Origin: Escherichia phage B9-1
Strand: one strand, 5' to 3'
Sequence record: OQ420740.1
Length of the DNA: 64,000 bases
This document shows positions 63,595 through 64,000 of the stretch, in pieces; the stretch's first letter is position 1; each line of letters opens with the position of its first letter. Below the pieces are notes generated by a model. That model saw only the letters and a program-made list of their open reading frames with translations, did not search any database and was not told where the DNA came from. The position numbers were made by a program, and so were the translations under genes.

Positions 63595-64000
63595 TTACTC
63601 GGAAACAGGGGTCCAAATATGATTTGCACGATCCTCGATAAGATTGAGTGCAATCTGACGACCCAACCCGGAACGAACGACATCATCTGGGCTATCAAAG
63701 CTAATCATCCCAACCTCAGGATCTGGATGACGAGTAAAGAAATCCGTTACCCATGCAAGTCCAGACTTACCAGGGATGTCACGTTGGCTATTATCACCCA
63801 TGATTACAAGTGTGGCCTGATCAGAGATCCTTGTGATAATTGACAACATTTCTTCAGGGTTAGTTTGCTGTGCCTCGTCAATTAGGACAAAGCATCGCTC
63901 ATCGAAACTACGACCACGAATGCTTTCAACTTCACAGATCTCGATACGACTGTTCTGACCATCTCCCAGCATTGCGGCAAAAGCACCTTTGCCAACACGA
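63595..64000 (-). CDS. phoH: PhoH-like ATPase, C-terminal part; N-terminus beyond window end
   Basis: Track ORF 63595..63972 with frame open to window edge; FVLIDEAQQT and LVIMGDNSQRDIP match the PhoH family pattern. Confidence 0.7.
   Translation of the reverse strand, partial: RVGKGAFAAMLGDGQNSRIEICEVESIRGRSFDERCFVLIDEAQQTNPEEMLSIITRISDQATLVIMGDNSQRDIPGKSGLAWVTDFFTRHPDPEVGMISFDSPDDVVRSGLGRQIALNLIEDRANHIWTPVSE

Noticed and set aside
1-64000. Integrated prophage or plasmid as the nature of the element
   Set aside because: No integrase, recombinase, repressor, att-like repeats or partition/conjugation genes in the window; a lytic phage is the simplest reading, though the window covers only part of the genome.

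Overview
This 64-kb window reads as a contiguous piece of a large tailed dsDNA phage genome (Caudoviricetes), probably virulent (no integrase, repressor or att-like features seen) and probably infecting a Gram-negative, enterobacterial-type host (many near-consensus TTGACA-N16/17-TATAAT promoters; an SSB-like protein ending in the E. coli SSB tip DDDIPF). All calls are from reading the sequence and the six-frame track by eye; no database search, tRNA scan or structure prediction was run, so every product call is a motif-level hypothesis. Layout: (1) 1-3663 (+), the 3' part of a giant tail-fibre-like gene with an Ig-like domain. (2) 3.7-10.7 kb (-), small genes including a HAD-like phosphatase, a four-gene paralogue array, a metallopeptidase+VWA protein and an HNH-like nuclease. 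(3) 10.8-36.7 kb (+), the DNA-metabolism module: MoxR-like ATPase, SleB-like wall hydrolase, GHKL ATPase (rIIA-like), Dda/Pif1-like helicase, two DNA methyltransferases, primase-helicase, family A DNA polymerase, SSB-like protein and a macrodomain protein. (4) 36.7-37.6 kb, repeat-rich non-coding DNA. (5) 37.6-47.4 kb (+), an island of about 28 very small genes, mostly on their own host-type promoters with 5' hairpin leaders. (6) 47.4-49.8 kb, a 2.4-kb repeat-dense non-coding region. (7) 49.8-64 kb (-), about 38 small genes including a ribosome hibernation factor homologue, a small Dam-like methyltransferase, a ClpP-like protease and a partial PhoH. No tRNA, rRNA or CRISPR array was recognised by eye. 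The best candidates for something undescribed are the small-gene island with its repeat-rich flanks, a 45-bp element conserved after stop codons, the diversified small-protein paralogue families, and the macrodomain and HPF-like genes as possible counter-defence or host-takeover functions.
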